Part shown: positions 17,824-26,647 of the stretch, piece after piece
Position numbering within the stretch: the first letter of the stretch is position 1
Layout: every line of letters starts with the position of its first letter
Virus record (IMG/VR): IMGVR_UViG_3300048838_001106
Coordinates: 1 to 64,000 of that record
DNA: 64,000 bases
Origin: a virus
Strand: one strand, 5' to 3'
Notes under the pieces: generated by a model
What the model was told of the DNA's origin: nothing
The model's input: only the letters and a program-made list of their open reading frames with translations
Databases searched by the model: none
Translations under genes and position numbers: made by a program

Positions 17824-19437
17824 CTAATTAGACCTGACTGCCAGGTTGAACTTATAAAACGGAGCGGCCCCTGTAGCCACGTGCATTGCCATGCGGCCAA
17901 AGATCTGTGCATGCAAGCAGTCATCTGGCACAGCCGGGAAATGGTTCCATTGACGCTTGCCTTTACCGTTCTGCGTTGTCTCTTCGAACTCAGACAAAAT
18001 GTCCTTAAAGACCTGGTCCATCTGAGGAAGGGTAGCAAAGATTACACCACCACGTTTGTAGTCGAGCATCATAGTATCGATCGCCGCCGTACGGTCTGTG
18101 ATGTACCGATCCATCCCGTTCCACGCCATGAACTTGGAGGTGGAACCGTACTGCACCTGCAAGACTCTGTGGGTGCCAAGACCTTCCGCCAACATAGCAT
18201 TTGCAACTGCGCCGCCGCCCGCGTCGCCGGCGACGAGCTTGACCTTGTACAGGTTGCATATTTCGATGATGTCACGAACGTCGCTGGCTGGGTTGGATGT
18301 GGGGTATATCTGGTAATACAAAGTTTTCATAATGCCGTTAGGCAGCATGCCCCAGATGTGTAGAACCGTTCTCGACGCGAACTTGTCCGACCCACCGCCA
18401 GACCAGTCGACGCCAGCAACTATGTCTGTGACGTGCTTAAAGATTGCAGGGTCAGGTGTGCGGGATATGCGATAGTCTTTGCACAGTGCCTGTAGATCTT
18501 CCAGAGATACCAGACGCGTGCCAATGGCATCGGAGACGCCTAGAACCTCGTTCTTAAACTGAGACGTAGGGTACGTCTCATACTTGTACAAGATGCGGTC
18601 CCATCTGGACTGCGACTCGTTGTTGTTCGGCAAGATAAGCTGCGGGATGTGGAACCCCTTCATGTACGCGTCGGGGTTCATCGCGTACCACTGGCCCCTT
18701 CGCACATTGAGTTTCTTCCCGCACTTCAAACATATCAATCCGGACTTCCCAATTCCCTCGTCGGATATGACGAAGTTCCATTTATTACAGCCCTCGCACT
18801 TCATTATCCACTCGTCTTGCGACGAGTTCTGCCACAGGAATTCAATGGTATTCTCCATTGACTTCGGAGTGCCTGCGTATGTTACCCAACCGTAAGGGGA
18901 CTCACTGATAACCTCGTTCACAACAGGGACGACACCGTCATAGACAATGTCCTGAATTTCGTCCCACATGATGCGATCCGCGGACACACCGCGTGTGCGG
19001 TCAGGGTCGTCGCTTGCGTAAGACAGATGTGTCTCCGATCCGTTTGTGAAGTACTTCATGCCGACGTTCATCGGTATGGAGGCAGACGTGAAGTTTGCGC
19101 GGATCTCTTTAGAGTGATTGATAGTCTTCTGAAGCCTGGAATGGCTGAAGCGAGCAGTCTGCTGCTGCGTCGGTGAGATGAATAGGGTCTTGAAGAAAGG
19201 CATTGAAATCGAATCGCAGATCATCTGGTTGCATCCTGTGGTGGACTTAGCAACCTGGCGTCCGCACTTCATAACAGTTTGAGGCCACCCACCGTCATAG
19301 ATAGGTCGATAAAACTCCCACCCTTCAAAGCTGAAGGGTTTTCCATCAAGCGTGATAAGTGCTTCTGTGAGCTGCGATCTCGTGAACTCTCCGAGATCGC
19401 TGGTCTGCACTACGGCTTGTTTGCTACGGAGATACAT
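17824..19437 (-). CDS. terL: Terminase large subunit
   Basis: Walker A GRQVAKST, Walker B RIMWDE, GTP motif, gpA-like CEGC..CLKC zinc finger, and RNase H-like nuclease GVDW ... PDDCLHA. Confidence 0.85.
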   Translation of the reverse strand: MYLRSKQAVVQTSDLGEFTRSQLTEALITLDGKPFSFEGWEFYRPIYDGGWPQTVMKCGRQVAKSTTGCNQMICDSISMPFFKTLFISPTQQQTARFSHSRLQKTINHSKEIRANFTSASIPMNVGMKYFTNGSETHLSYASDDPDRTRGVSADRIMWDEIQDIVYDGVVPVVNEVISESPYGWVTYAGTPKSMENTIEFLWQNSSQDEWIMKCEGCNKWNFVISDEGIGKSGLICLKCGKKLNVRRGQWYAMNPDAYMKGFHIPQLILPNNNESQSRWDRILYKYETYPTSQFKNEVLGVSDAIGTRLVSLEDLQALCKDYRISRTPDPAIFKHVTDIVAGVDWSGGGSDKFASRTVLHIWGMLPNGIMKTLYYQIYPTSNPASDVRDIIEICNLYKVKLVAGDAGGGAVANAMLAEGLGTHRVLQVQYGSTSKFMAWNGMDRYITDRTAAIDTMMLDYKRGGVIFATLPQMDQVFKDILSEFEETTQNGKGKRQWNHFPAVPDDCLHAQIFGRMAMHVATGAAPFYKFNLAVRSN

Positions 19438-19593
19438 ATGGAAATCCTGAACAAAATATCAACGCCAATCCTGAGCGTGTTATTGTTTCTCACATTCGTG
19501 TTTCGATCGCCCATAGCGGCTGTTGCTATCGTACTTGTATTGGCGGCGTATGTCTGCATCTATATGTTGCTCTCACAATGCGGTGTATCATGA
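19438..19593 (+). CDS. Small membrane protein
   Basis: 51-aa, almost entirely hydrophobic (two predicted helices); GGAG RBS; stop overlaps the next start. Confidence 0.5.
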   Translation: MEILNKISTPILSVLLFLTFVFRSPIAAVAIVLVLAAYVCIYMLLSQCGVS

Positions 19594-20291
19594 GCCTCTA
19601 TGCCACTGACCTTGGCTACATTGGTGCAGACATGCGCGTGATGCGTACTTTGAATGAGTACTTGCGCGAGGCCAGTGTCCAATGGCGCGAGAAGATAGCT
19701 GCTGAACTTTGTCGCGAGGCGTATCCCGCTAAAGTCACAGGCGTAGATGTTGAGTCTATCGATATTCATCTCGCGCTGGAGGACAACAATATACCGTTTC
19801 TTCAACTGAGGTGGCTAGAGCAGCGAAGAGGCGGCTCTCGCGGCGAGGTGAACGAGCGCGACAATCCAGAATGCACGCGCATATTCGAGTTTGTGTGGCG
19901 CGCAGTGCGTGCTCACGCACGTACCATCCAATGCTTTGGTGTCTGCGAGGCGTACAAAATCATTGATGTGCACAGACGTCATCTCGAGGACTTTTGTGCA
20001 AACGCCATACTAGAAATGTCTGATGACCTGACTATGGACTACTTGATTCGCAATGGCGTAAATATCCTGTCCGACGCAGTGCAGATCGGTATTCACAATA
20101 TGAGTGACGAGGCGCTGGAAGCCTATGCGCGGGCACTGCTGTCGACGGAGACATCGGAGCTTATAGACGACCTGCTAGAGCAGTACGTCCCACCGTATCG
20201 GCACTACAATTGTTACACAGAATATGTGTTGATACACCTGGCACATGCGCCTCACAGCTGTGCCGCTGCGCTAGAAAGCGTGTGTATGTAG
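19590..20291 (+). CDS. Hypothetical protein
   Basis: ~233-aa ORF; ATGA coupling at 19590. Confidence 0.6.
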   Translation: MSLYATDLGYIGADMRVMRTLNEYLREASVQWREKIAAELCREAYPAKVTGVDVESIDIHLALEDNNIPFLQLRWLEQRRGGSRGEVNERDNPECTRIFEFVWRAVRAHARTIQCFGVCEAYKIIDVHRRHLEDFCANAILEMSDDLTMDYLIRNGVNILSDAVQIGIHNMSDEALEAYARALLSTETSELIDDLLEQYVPPYRHYNCYTEYVLIHLAHAPHSCAAALESVCM

Positions 20292-20398
20292 CCTCACAAA
20301 AGCCGGGACTTCCGCGGTATAAGACACTGTCCCAATCACATTGATTGTCACGCGATGTTGCGCGGCTCTCAACAACGACAACGAACAACAGGAGACGT

Positions 20399-21682
20399 AT
20401 GAAGTACGCAGAAACAGTAGGTATCCCAACAACATCTATGACCATCTCACAGCTGATTCTGCAGCTGTGTTGGATGGACCGGCATGTGCCACTGCTGGTG
20501 TCTGAGTCAGGCATCGGCAAAACCGCAGTGGTGCGGCAGATGGCGGACGCTTTTGACGCGCAGTTTGTGTTGTATTCGCTGGCCCACTGCGAGCCACCAG
20601 ACGTGTGTGGTCCGCAATTCCCGTCAAATGACGACACATTCATCAACTTGCGTGACAGGCGCATCCCCTTCAAGGGTTACGCTGGAGAAGACAAGAGAGC
20701 CCTGTTGTTCTTTGATGAGCCAAACAGGGCTGAGATGACGACGCTAAACGCAGTGTTCCCAGCGTGGGCTGAGCGGCGCCTTGGTGTCCACGAATTCGGG
20801 CCTAACGTGCGTGTTGTCTCAGCCATGAACCCGCCTGACGGGGAGTATGCAGTGACGGGTCAGTTCACCTCTGACCCTGCGATGCGCCGCCGCGTCTGTT
20901 TGATTTGCGTAGAGCACAGTCCCACTGAGACTCTCAGGTACGCCAAGGACCCTACGGAAGCTGTGCGTCTTTTGCCGTGGGAAGACTGGACACCCGAGAT
21001 GGTAGCAGAAAGGAAGACGCGCCCATGGCACCCTGCAGTTATTGAGTTCTTGACAGGTAGTCCCGATGAAGTGCTCGACGTCAAAGGTCGCGACGCCGGC
21101 AAGGTGTACGGCTGTCCCGCGACGTGGGAAGCAGTGTCAGATACGTTTTACACCGCAGACAGGTTGACAAAAGACGCGACCTTCAAGCCAGAGGACGCCG
21201 CGCTGACAAGAGCTTTCCAGGTGAAGCTGGCGGGCCATGTTGGGCAGCGGAACTCGATGGAGGTTTGGGACATCTATGTGAAGTCAGCAGAGGTCATAGA
21301 CCCCATTGAGATGATGACAAAATTTGCTACCGACAAGAAGCTGAAAGCTAAGATCGACAGGCTGGTGGCACGTGGTGAAATCGGGCAATTGCTCAGCCTG
21401 AACAACAAGATGGCAGGGCTGTGGCAGGACGCGAAGATCGAGCCCAAAATCTTCGCAGAGAACGTTGCCAAGTACATCTTTGTAACGCCTCCTCAAGTGG
21501 GCAAAACGCTTCTCGACGCCATCAATATGGCTGGCGGAATGGACGGCAGCTCGTCCGAAGCCCTTGAGTTCTCAAGACACATTGTGCACATGAAGGAGTT
21601 CAAGCAGTGGCGCGAGAGGCTCGCAGAAGACACGCGAATTGCGCATGAGTCTATGACACAGCAGCAGCTGTCAAACAAATAA
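20399..21682 (+). CDS. MoxR-like AAA+ ATPase
   Basis: Walker A SESGIGKT, Walker B LFFDEPNR, SAMNP sensor and DPAMRRR arginine finger. AGGAG RBS before ATG 20399. Confidence 0.8.
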   Translation: MKYAETVGIPTTSMTISQLILQLCWMDRHVPLLVSESGIGKTAVVRQMADAFDAQFVLYSLAHCEPPDVCGPQFPSNDDTFINLRDRRIPFKGYAGEDKRALLFFDEPNRAEMTTLNAVFPAWAERRLGVHEFGPNVRVVSAMNPPDGEYAVTGQFTSDPAMRRRVCLICVEHSPTETLRYAKDPTEAVRLLPWEDWTPEMVAERKTRPWHPAVIEFLTGSPDEVLDVKGRDAGKVYGCPATWEAVSDTFYTADRLTKDATFKPEDAALTRAFQVKLAGHVGQRNSMEVWDIYVKSAEVIDPIEMMTKFATDKKLKAKIDRLVARGEIGQLLSLNNKMAGLWQDAKIEPKIFAENVAKYIFVTPPQVGKTLLDAINMAGGMDGSSSEALEFSRHIVHMKEFKQWRERLAEDTRIAHESMTQQQLSNK

Positions 21683-22369
21683 CTTCATGGTTCTAAGCTG
21701 TTCATCTAAAAGAGCTTTCCTCTTTGAGACATACAGCTCAATGCCAGCCATTTGTAGCAGTTGATTGTTGAGCTCTGAGTCGTCTTGCAACTCCTGGATG
21801 GTAATGTCATTGACCGCGTCTTTGATTGCCATCCAGGATTTTTTTACATCAGACATGAGTTTGTCGTGAGAGCAGTCTATTAGCTCTATTAGTCTGTCCT
21901 CACAAAAGCTCAGCGATTCCGGCACCGCTAGCATCCCCTCAAACTTGCAACTCGCTGCAGTGTAACTCTCCGGCTCATAATCAAGGTAGTCACTGAACAG
22001 GCCTTCGCCAGACAGCAGGTCCTGCGTCAGTATTGCTGCCTCCTTGACCGCCCACGCTATATGCGCTGGCAACGCTTGCTGATACACGTCGGTTATTACA
22101 GCCTCGTCATTGAATGTGAGCACTGTGTTCTCAAACACGGAGGCGTCCCACATAAACCTTCCATTGTTTCTCAGGGCCAGTACAGCAAACAGGGCGTCCC
22201 AGTTCTCCTCTGGAACGCTTAACCCATCGCGAGCAGCTGTGATTCGCATGGTCTCAGTCTCGAGCTCGTCTAACTCGTCCCCGAAATAAGTAAGCGCAGA
22301 GAAGAATATGGTTGTTGCCATCGCCTCCTCCTTGCACAGCCATGATTTTGCCAGCTCAGTGGGACTCAC
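21671..22369 (-). CDS. Hypothetical protein (virion strand)
   Basis: 232-aa acidic ORF; GTGA overlap with the upstream gene. Confidence 0.65.
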   Translation of the reverse strand: MSPTELAKSWLCKEEAMATTIFFSALTYFGDELDELETETMRITAARDGLSVPEENWDALFAVLALRNNGRFMWDASVFENTVLTFNDEAVITDVYQQALPAHIAWAVKEAAILTQDLLSGEGLFSDYLDYEPESYTAASCKFEGMLAVPESLSFCEDRLIELIDCSHDKLMSDVKKSWMAIKDAVNDITIQELQDDSELNNQLLQMAGIELYVSKRKALLDEQLRTMKLFV

Positions 22370-23382
22370 AGATAAGCCTCGATGTGCGTATACAAGGTCT
22401 GTTGCATATCTGCGGGGAGTGTTCGCAGGATAGTAGTAAGTGCTTCCGTGTCAACCTCTCCGGCTTTGTTTTCTACATGGCTCATTAGATCTTCGCCAAG
22501 TATATCTCTGAGAATCCCAGTGCTCTGCGCGATCTCAGCAATCGTTTCTTCGCTGACGGGTTTGCCCGCAAGGATAAGCTCTCGACTGGCTATCTTGGTC
22601 ATATTGAAAACCGTCTCCACAGGGTCAAGCAGTGTGCGTCCGTAGCGTGGAAACAACTCAGCTTCGTTGTCCAGTTTCTCAAGAACACCTGCTATTTTTA
22701 CCAGCGACTGCCTGTCCTGGATGATGCCATTTGCAGGGAAGTTCCTCTCGATAGTCTGCGCAATCTTGGTGTAGGCACTGCGGATGTCGGATGTGGGCGC
22801 TGCCACTGCCCTGGACTCTACCCAGTCCAGTAGAATGCCAGCATCACAGGCAGTCAGCCCCGCGTACTTAAAAATCTCAATGGGCAAGTCCTCTTTCTTG
22901 AGTCCGAACTCCGAGGCCTTCTTTATGAGTCGCGTGCAGGCGTCTGTCATCGTCTGTGCTGTTAGCTGGTAGCGCTGCTCCATCAAGGCTTCTGTTACAG
23001 GAACTATGTGCTCCGCTGTCTTTACGAGAAGAGCCTTGTATTGTGGTAGAAGGTAATGCTCAGCGTCATCTACCTCGCTAGCAACTTTCTGTGTCTGGAC
23101 CACATCTCCAACGCCATATGCTTCCAGTGCGTCGTCGATCCTGGCCATGACATGGTCAGGTACCAGACTGGCTTGCTTAACTGCGTACAACTTTGACAGG
23201 ACAGCCTGTTCGGGTGTGTGGATCGGAAACAAGTCAGCCTGTGGAAACGCGTAGGCTGACTTTGGCAGTGCTCCCATGTCAACGCTGGCATGCTTTACTC
23301 TGCCAATAGTTTCAGGATGTTCCTGAGACAACTGGTAAAGAATTCGATACTGACTATCGGTACATTGATCAACTATAACCAC
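22366..23382 (-). CDS. Hypothetical protein with many K-x-A motifs (possible head/scaffold protein)
   Basis: 338 aa containing KHAS, KQAS, KVAS, KTAE, KKAS, KYAG, KIAQ, KIAG and KIAS. GGAGG RBS. Confidence 0.6.
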   Translation of the reverse strand: MVIVDQCTDSQYRILYQLSQEHPETIGRVKHASVDMGALPKSAYAFPQADLFPIHTPEQAVLSKLYAVKQASLVPDHVMARIDDALEAYGVGDVVQTQKVASEVDDAEHYLLPQYKALLVKTAEHIVPVTEALMEQRYQLTAQTMTDACTRLIKKASEFGLKKEDLPIEIFKYAGLTACDAGILLDWVESRAVAAPTSDIRSAYTKIAQTIERNFPANGIIQDRQSLVKIAGVLEKLDNEAELFPRYGRTLLDPVETVFNMTKIASRELILAGKPVSEETIAEIAQSTGILRDILGEDLMSHVENKAGEVDTEALTTILRTLPADMQQTLYTHIEAYL

Positions 23383-23400
23383 AACAACCTCCGAGGAATT

Positions 23401-25065
23401 ATGAGTAAGGTAAACGAAAACGCCGCCGCTGACAACGGCGAGACAACAATCGCTGCGGATAAGATGGGCAGTTGGCTCGCGGTATTCATGAGTCGAAAAT
23501 TCTCGTCAGGCCAGCCAGACCTGGCCGTGTACGCACGCGTCATCAGTCGACTGACCATTCGGGCTGACGCCCGAATACCTGCAATGGCCGTTACTCTGGA
23601 AAATTCCAGGGTCGTGCTGTTGTACAATGAGAAGTGGTTAAGCACGGCTGGCTTCGTAGAGTTCACGAGCACGCTAGCTCATGAAGCCACGCACGTGTTG
23701 AACAACGACATTTCTCGCTTCTTGCGTCTGATGTCTGTGTCTAACGCGCCAGCAACCACGCACAAGATTCTCAATATCGCCATGGACGCGGCGAACAACT
23801 CGCTCACAGCAAAGAGACACAAGGACATCTCATACGGCACCACTGGATACTGGGTCATGCCAGTGCCGCTGGGCTTGCCTGCAGACAGCACGACAGAGAT
23901 TTACTTCGAGGCACTCAGCCTCAAGAAGGAGGAAATCAAGAACTACTTGCTGTCGCTACAAAGCCCAGGCGGAGGGGACGGCGACGAAGAAGGTGAATGC
24001 GACGAAGAAGGTGAAGGTGAAGGCGAAGGTGAATGCGACGAAGAAGGCGAAGGTGAAGGCGAAGGCGAAGGCGAAGGTGAGGGTGAAGGCGAAGGCGAAG
24101 GCGAGGGTGCCAGCTCTACAGCGCAGTCTTCGCCTAGTGGTGATCCCAATGCCAGCGACTACGCCCTACAGGCGGCCATGGCCGAGTTGTTGGGAGAGAA
24201 GCTAAAGCAGGCGCTCGACCACATGGAGGCTACAAACGCACACCCGTGGATGCAAGAGGGGCAGACCCCAGAAGACCTAGCTGCTGCCGCTGACATGGTG
24301 CAGGAGCAGACGTCTGAAGTCATCAAGAAGTCGCTTGAGGAGCAAAAGAAAATCGGCTCGCTTCCCACGCACCTGCAGTCCATGCTCGACGCTATCTATG
24401 AGGACAGCAAGATACCATGGCAAGAGATGCTGAGGAGACAGGTTACGCCGAGAATCCTGTCGAAACGTAAGGCAACAATGGTCCGTCCCTCTAAAAGGAG
24501 GTACACCATGTTTGAGGAGGACGAGGACGGTATTCTGCAGCCTCTGCCTTCACCAATACCGCAATACCCAGGCGGCAAGAGATCTCGAACCTTTCACATC
24601 ATGTTCGCGATAGACGTGTCAGGGTCCATGACTCACGAGGAGATCATGGAGGGCCTGTCTGAAATGAAAGCGATCACTGATGCTTTCCCTGAAACGCAGT
24701 GCACGGTGCTGCAGGTCGACACGCATATCTCACACGTATGTGTCATCAACCAAGACTTCGATGTGGACGACTACGTGAAAAATATCGGCCGTACAGCGCA
24801 TGGGGGAACTGCGTTTTGTGAGCCGTTTAAGCTAGCAGCGTACATGGCGAAGAAAGGTGACTGGCCTTCAGCACTGCACAAGTCGTGGCAAAAAGTGATT
24901 CTGCCGCACCCTGTAGACTTCGTCATCTACCACACTGACACCTATGGAACGTGGCCTGACCGCTCACTGAATCCTGGTGTGCCGGTAACGTGGCTAGTGC
25001 CGAGACAATACAGATCCGGCGTCAACAAAAACCCAACATTCGGAACTATCCTTGTGAGGGAATGA
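23401..25065 (+). CDS. HExxH metallopeptidase-like + vWA domain protein (MoxR partner)
   Basis: LAHEATH, an acidic GE-repeat linker, vWA MIDAS IDVSGS and GGTAF. GAGGA RBS before ATG 23401. Confidence 0.8.
   Translation: MSKVNENAAADNGETTIAADKMGSWLAVFMSRKFSSGQPDLAVYARVISRLTIRADARIPAMAVTLENSRVVLLYNEKWLSTAGFVEFTSTLAHEATHVLNNDISRFLRLMSVSNAPATTHKILNIAMDAANNSLTAKRHKDISYGTTGYWVMPVPLGLPADSTTEIYFEALSLKKEEIKNYLLSLQSPGGGDGDEEGECDEEGEGEGEGECDEEGEGEGEGEGEGEGEGEGEGEGASSTAQSSPSGDPNASDYALQAAMAELLGEKLKQALDHMEATNAHPWMQEGQTPEDLAAAADMVQEQTSEVIKKSLEEQKKIGSLPTHLQSMLDAIYEDSKIPWQEMLRRQVTPRILSKRKATMVRPSKRRYTMFEEDEDGILQPLPSPIPQYPGGKRSRTFHIMFAIDVSGSMTHEEIMEGLSEMKAITDAFPETQCTVLQVDTHISHVCVINQDFDVDDYVKNIGRTAHGGTAFCEPFKLAAYMAKKGDWPSALHKSWQKVILPHPVDFVIYHTDTYGTWPDRSLNPGVPVTWLVPRQYRSGVNKNPTFGTILVRE
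23983..24108 (+). repeat. Coding (GAAGGY)n / DEEGEC low-complexity repeat
   Basis: Hexanucleotide repeats encoding DEEGECDEEGEGEGEGECDEE(GE)n. Confidence 0.85.
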
Positions 25066-25653
25066 GTGTTCAAAATTCGAATACAAGAGTCCGACCGGAG
25101 ACGCTTCCCGTTTCCGATTTTTTACCTGTTCAGACCAGGAGAGGTGGAGATTCTAAGAAAGGCGTTTGACGTTCTACTGTGCTTCCAGGCTCGTCTTTAC
25201 TTGCCTCAGGAATCCGAAAGTCTTGTCATTGGCAACTCAACGTTGATTGCACGTGTTCCAGACTTGCTTAGCGCTGAAATTCGGTGGCAGATCGGCGTGC
25301 CTATATTGACCAAGAAGGTTGACAGCACCCAGAGCGTGCCAGCGTTCCTCGGCGAATTCTACACAAAAAGCGGCGCGCAAAAACACATGCGGTCTACCTA
25401 CCCCACAGAGGAAGATTTTGGGTATCTGCTCAGAGGACCAGATGTCATCAAACCGCCGTGCCTGGCCTGTCCCTACATTCTGTTGCACGACGCTGGAGAC
25501 TGCCGGCTAGGAGACGCGCGATGTTACGGAAATCTAGCAGCGTATCTGGAAGGTGCATCATATGAAGAAAACACAAGTCGAGTTACCGAAAACCAGCGGG
25601 AAGATGGAAGAGGTCGTCTGCAAGATTCCGCCGACCAGACTGCAAGCACTTGA
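25066..25653 (+). CDS. Hypothetical Cys-motif protein upstream of the RT
   Basis: 195 aa with CLAC..H..C......C; abuts the vWA stop; its tail overlaps the RT start. Confidence 0.6.
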   Translation: MFKIRIQESDRRRFPFPIFYLFRPGEVEILRKAFDVLLCFQARLYLPQESESLVIGNSTLIARVPDLLSAEIRWQIGVPILTKKVDSTQSVPAFLGEFYTKSGAQKHMRSTYPTEEDFGYLLRGPDVIKPPCLACPYILLHDAGDCRLGDARCYGNLAAYLEGASYEENTSRVTENQREDGRGRLQDSADQTAST

Positions 25654-26647
25654 TGACACGAGTTTAGCGTTCAAGTTTGGTGTCCATACCAGGAAGCTGT
25701 GGTTCGCAATAATAGCTAACGACTACACCCGAAACCTGGAAGGCTCGGGCATGTATAAGGTGTTCAAGCTAAAGAAGAAATCAGGCGGGTATCGAACTAT
25801 ACATGATCCCTGCGTGTTTATGAAGCGTCTGCAGCACCGGATTCTTGTGGATGTCCTAGACCCGCTGAGTGTGCCACCACACGTGGGGGCGTACGTCAAA
25901 GGACGTGGCTTGGAACACACCAGCTCGCAGCATGTTGATGCCGCGTTGTTGATCCACATGGACATCACCGACTTCTTCAACTCGACGCGAAAGAAGTGGG
26001 TGCAGGAACTGTTTACGGACATCGGTTACAATGACAATGTGGCTGGACTGCTGACGTCCCTGGTGACAGTGCCGATCTTACTCAAAAATGGACACAAGGT
26101 TCGGGGCGTGCCTCAAGGCGCATGCACATCAGGCGCAGTGTGCAATCACGTGGCCATAAAGCGGATAGACACGCCAATACTGGAATACCTTGATTCGCTA
26201 CCTGAAACGTGGGTGTACACTAGATACGCCGACGACCTGTGCATTAGCACTAAAGGCACCGTGGATGAGTCCGCGGTGCGTGACGTGAAAGCTGTGCTGG
26301 CTGATCTAATAAGAGCAAGTGGCTACAGCACCAACAAGAAGAAGACCAGGCACATCAGGTCTTCTCATCCACACAAGAGCATGCGTGTTCTAGGGCACTC
26401 AGTCCATACGCATGTGAACATACCAACGCCTGTGTACCGACGTCTTAGAGCTGTAATACACAACTGCACAAAGCTTGGAGTGGAGACCCAGGTCACACAA
26501 TACGGTGCAAAGAACAGTGAAGAACTGCTTACACGTCTACTAGGCGAAGTAAGCTATTGGAGACACGTATGTCCTACAAGCAAGATAGAATCACTGTACC
26601 AATCGCTTCTGTCGCTGCTCCGGAAGGCGTCTGGTTTGGTGCCCTGA
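25562..26647 (+). CDS. Retron-type reverse transcriptase
   Basis: KKSGGYRTIHDP, AYVKGR...TSSQH (NAxxH position), DITDFF, PQGACTS, catalytic YTRYADDL, VLG (VTG position) and RRLRAVIHN. No maturase/HNH or fused effector domain. GAAGGTG RBS before ATG 25562. Confidence 0.88.
   Translation: MKKTQVELPKTSGKMEEVVCKIPPTRLQALDDTSLAFKFGVHTRKLWFAIIANDYTRNLEGSGMYKVFKLKKKSGGYRTIHDPCVFMKRLQHRILVDVLDPLSVPPHVGAYVKGRGLEHTSSQHVDAALLIHMDITDFFNSTRKKWVQELFTDIGYNDNVAGLLTSLVTVPILLKNGHKVRGVPQGACTSGAVCNHVAIKRIDTPILEYLDSLPETWVYTRYADDLCISTKGTVDESAVRDVKAVLADLIRASGYSTNKKKTRHIRSSHPHKSMRVLGHSVHTHVNIPTPVYRRLRAVIHNCTKLGVETQVTQYGAKNSEELLTRLLGEVSYWRHVCPTSKIESLYQSLLSLLRKASGLVP

Noticed and set aside
17752-18363. Long antisense ORFs (17752-18363, 3771-4550, 32345-33274, 38784-39494 and similar)
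   Set aside because: Shadow frames opposite well-supported genes, with no recognisable motifs.
23983-24108. GAAGGY repeat as a regulatory or phase-variable element
   Set aside because: It is an in-frame acidic linker between the peptidase and vWA domains; length changes would preserve the frame.
25562-26647. RT as part of a DGR or group II intron
   Set aside because: I saw no TR/VR pair or Avd-like gene, no maturase/HNH domain and no flanking intron RNA; the motifs are retron-like. A self-alignment was not run.
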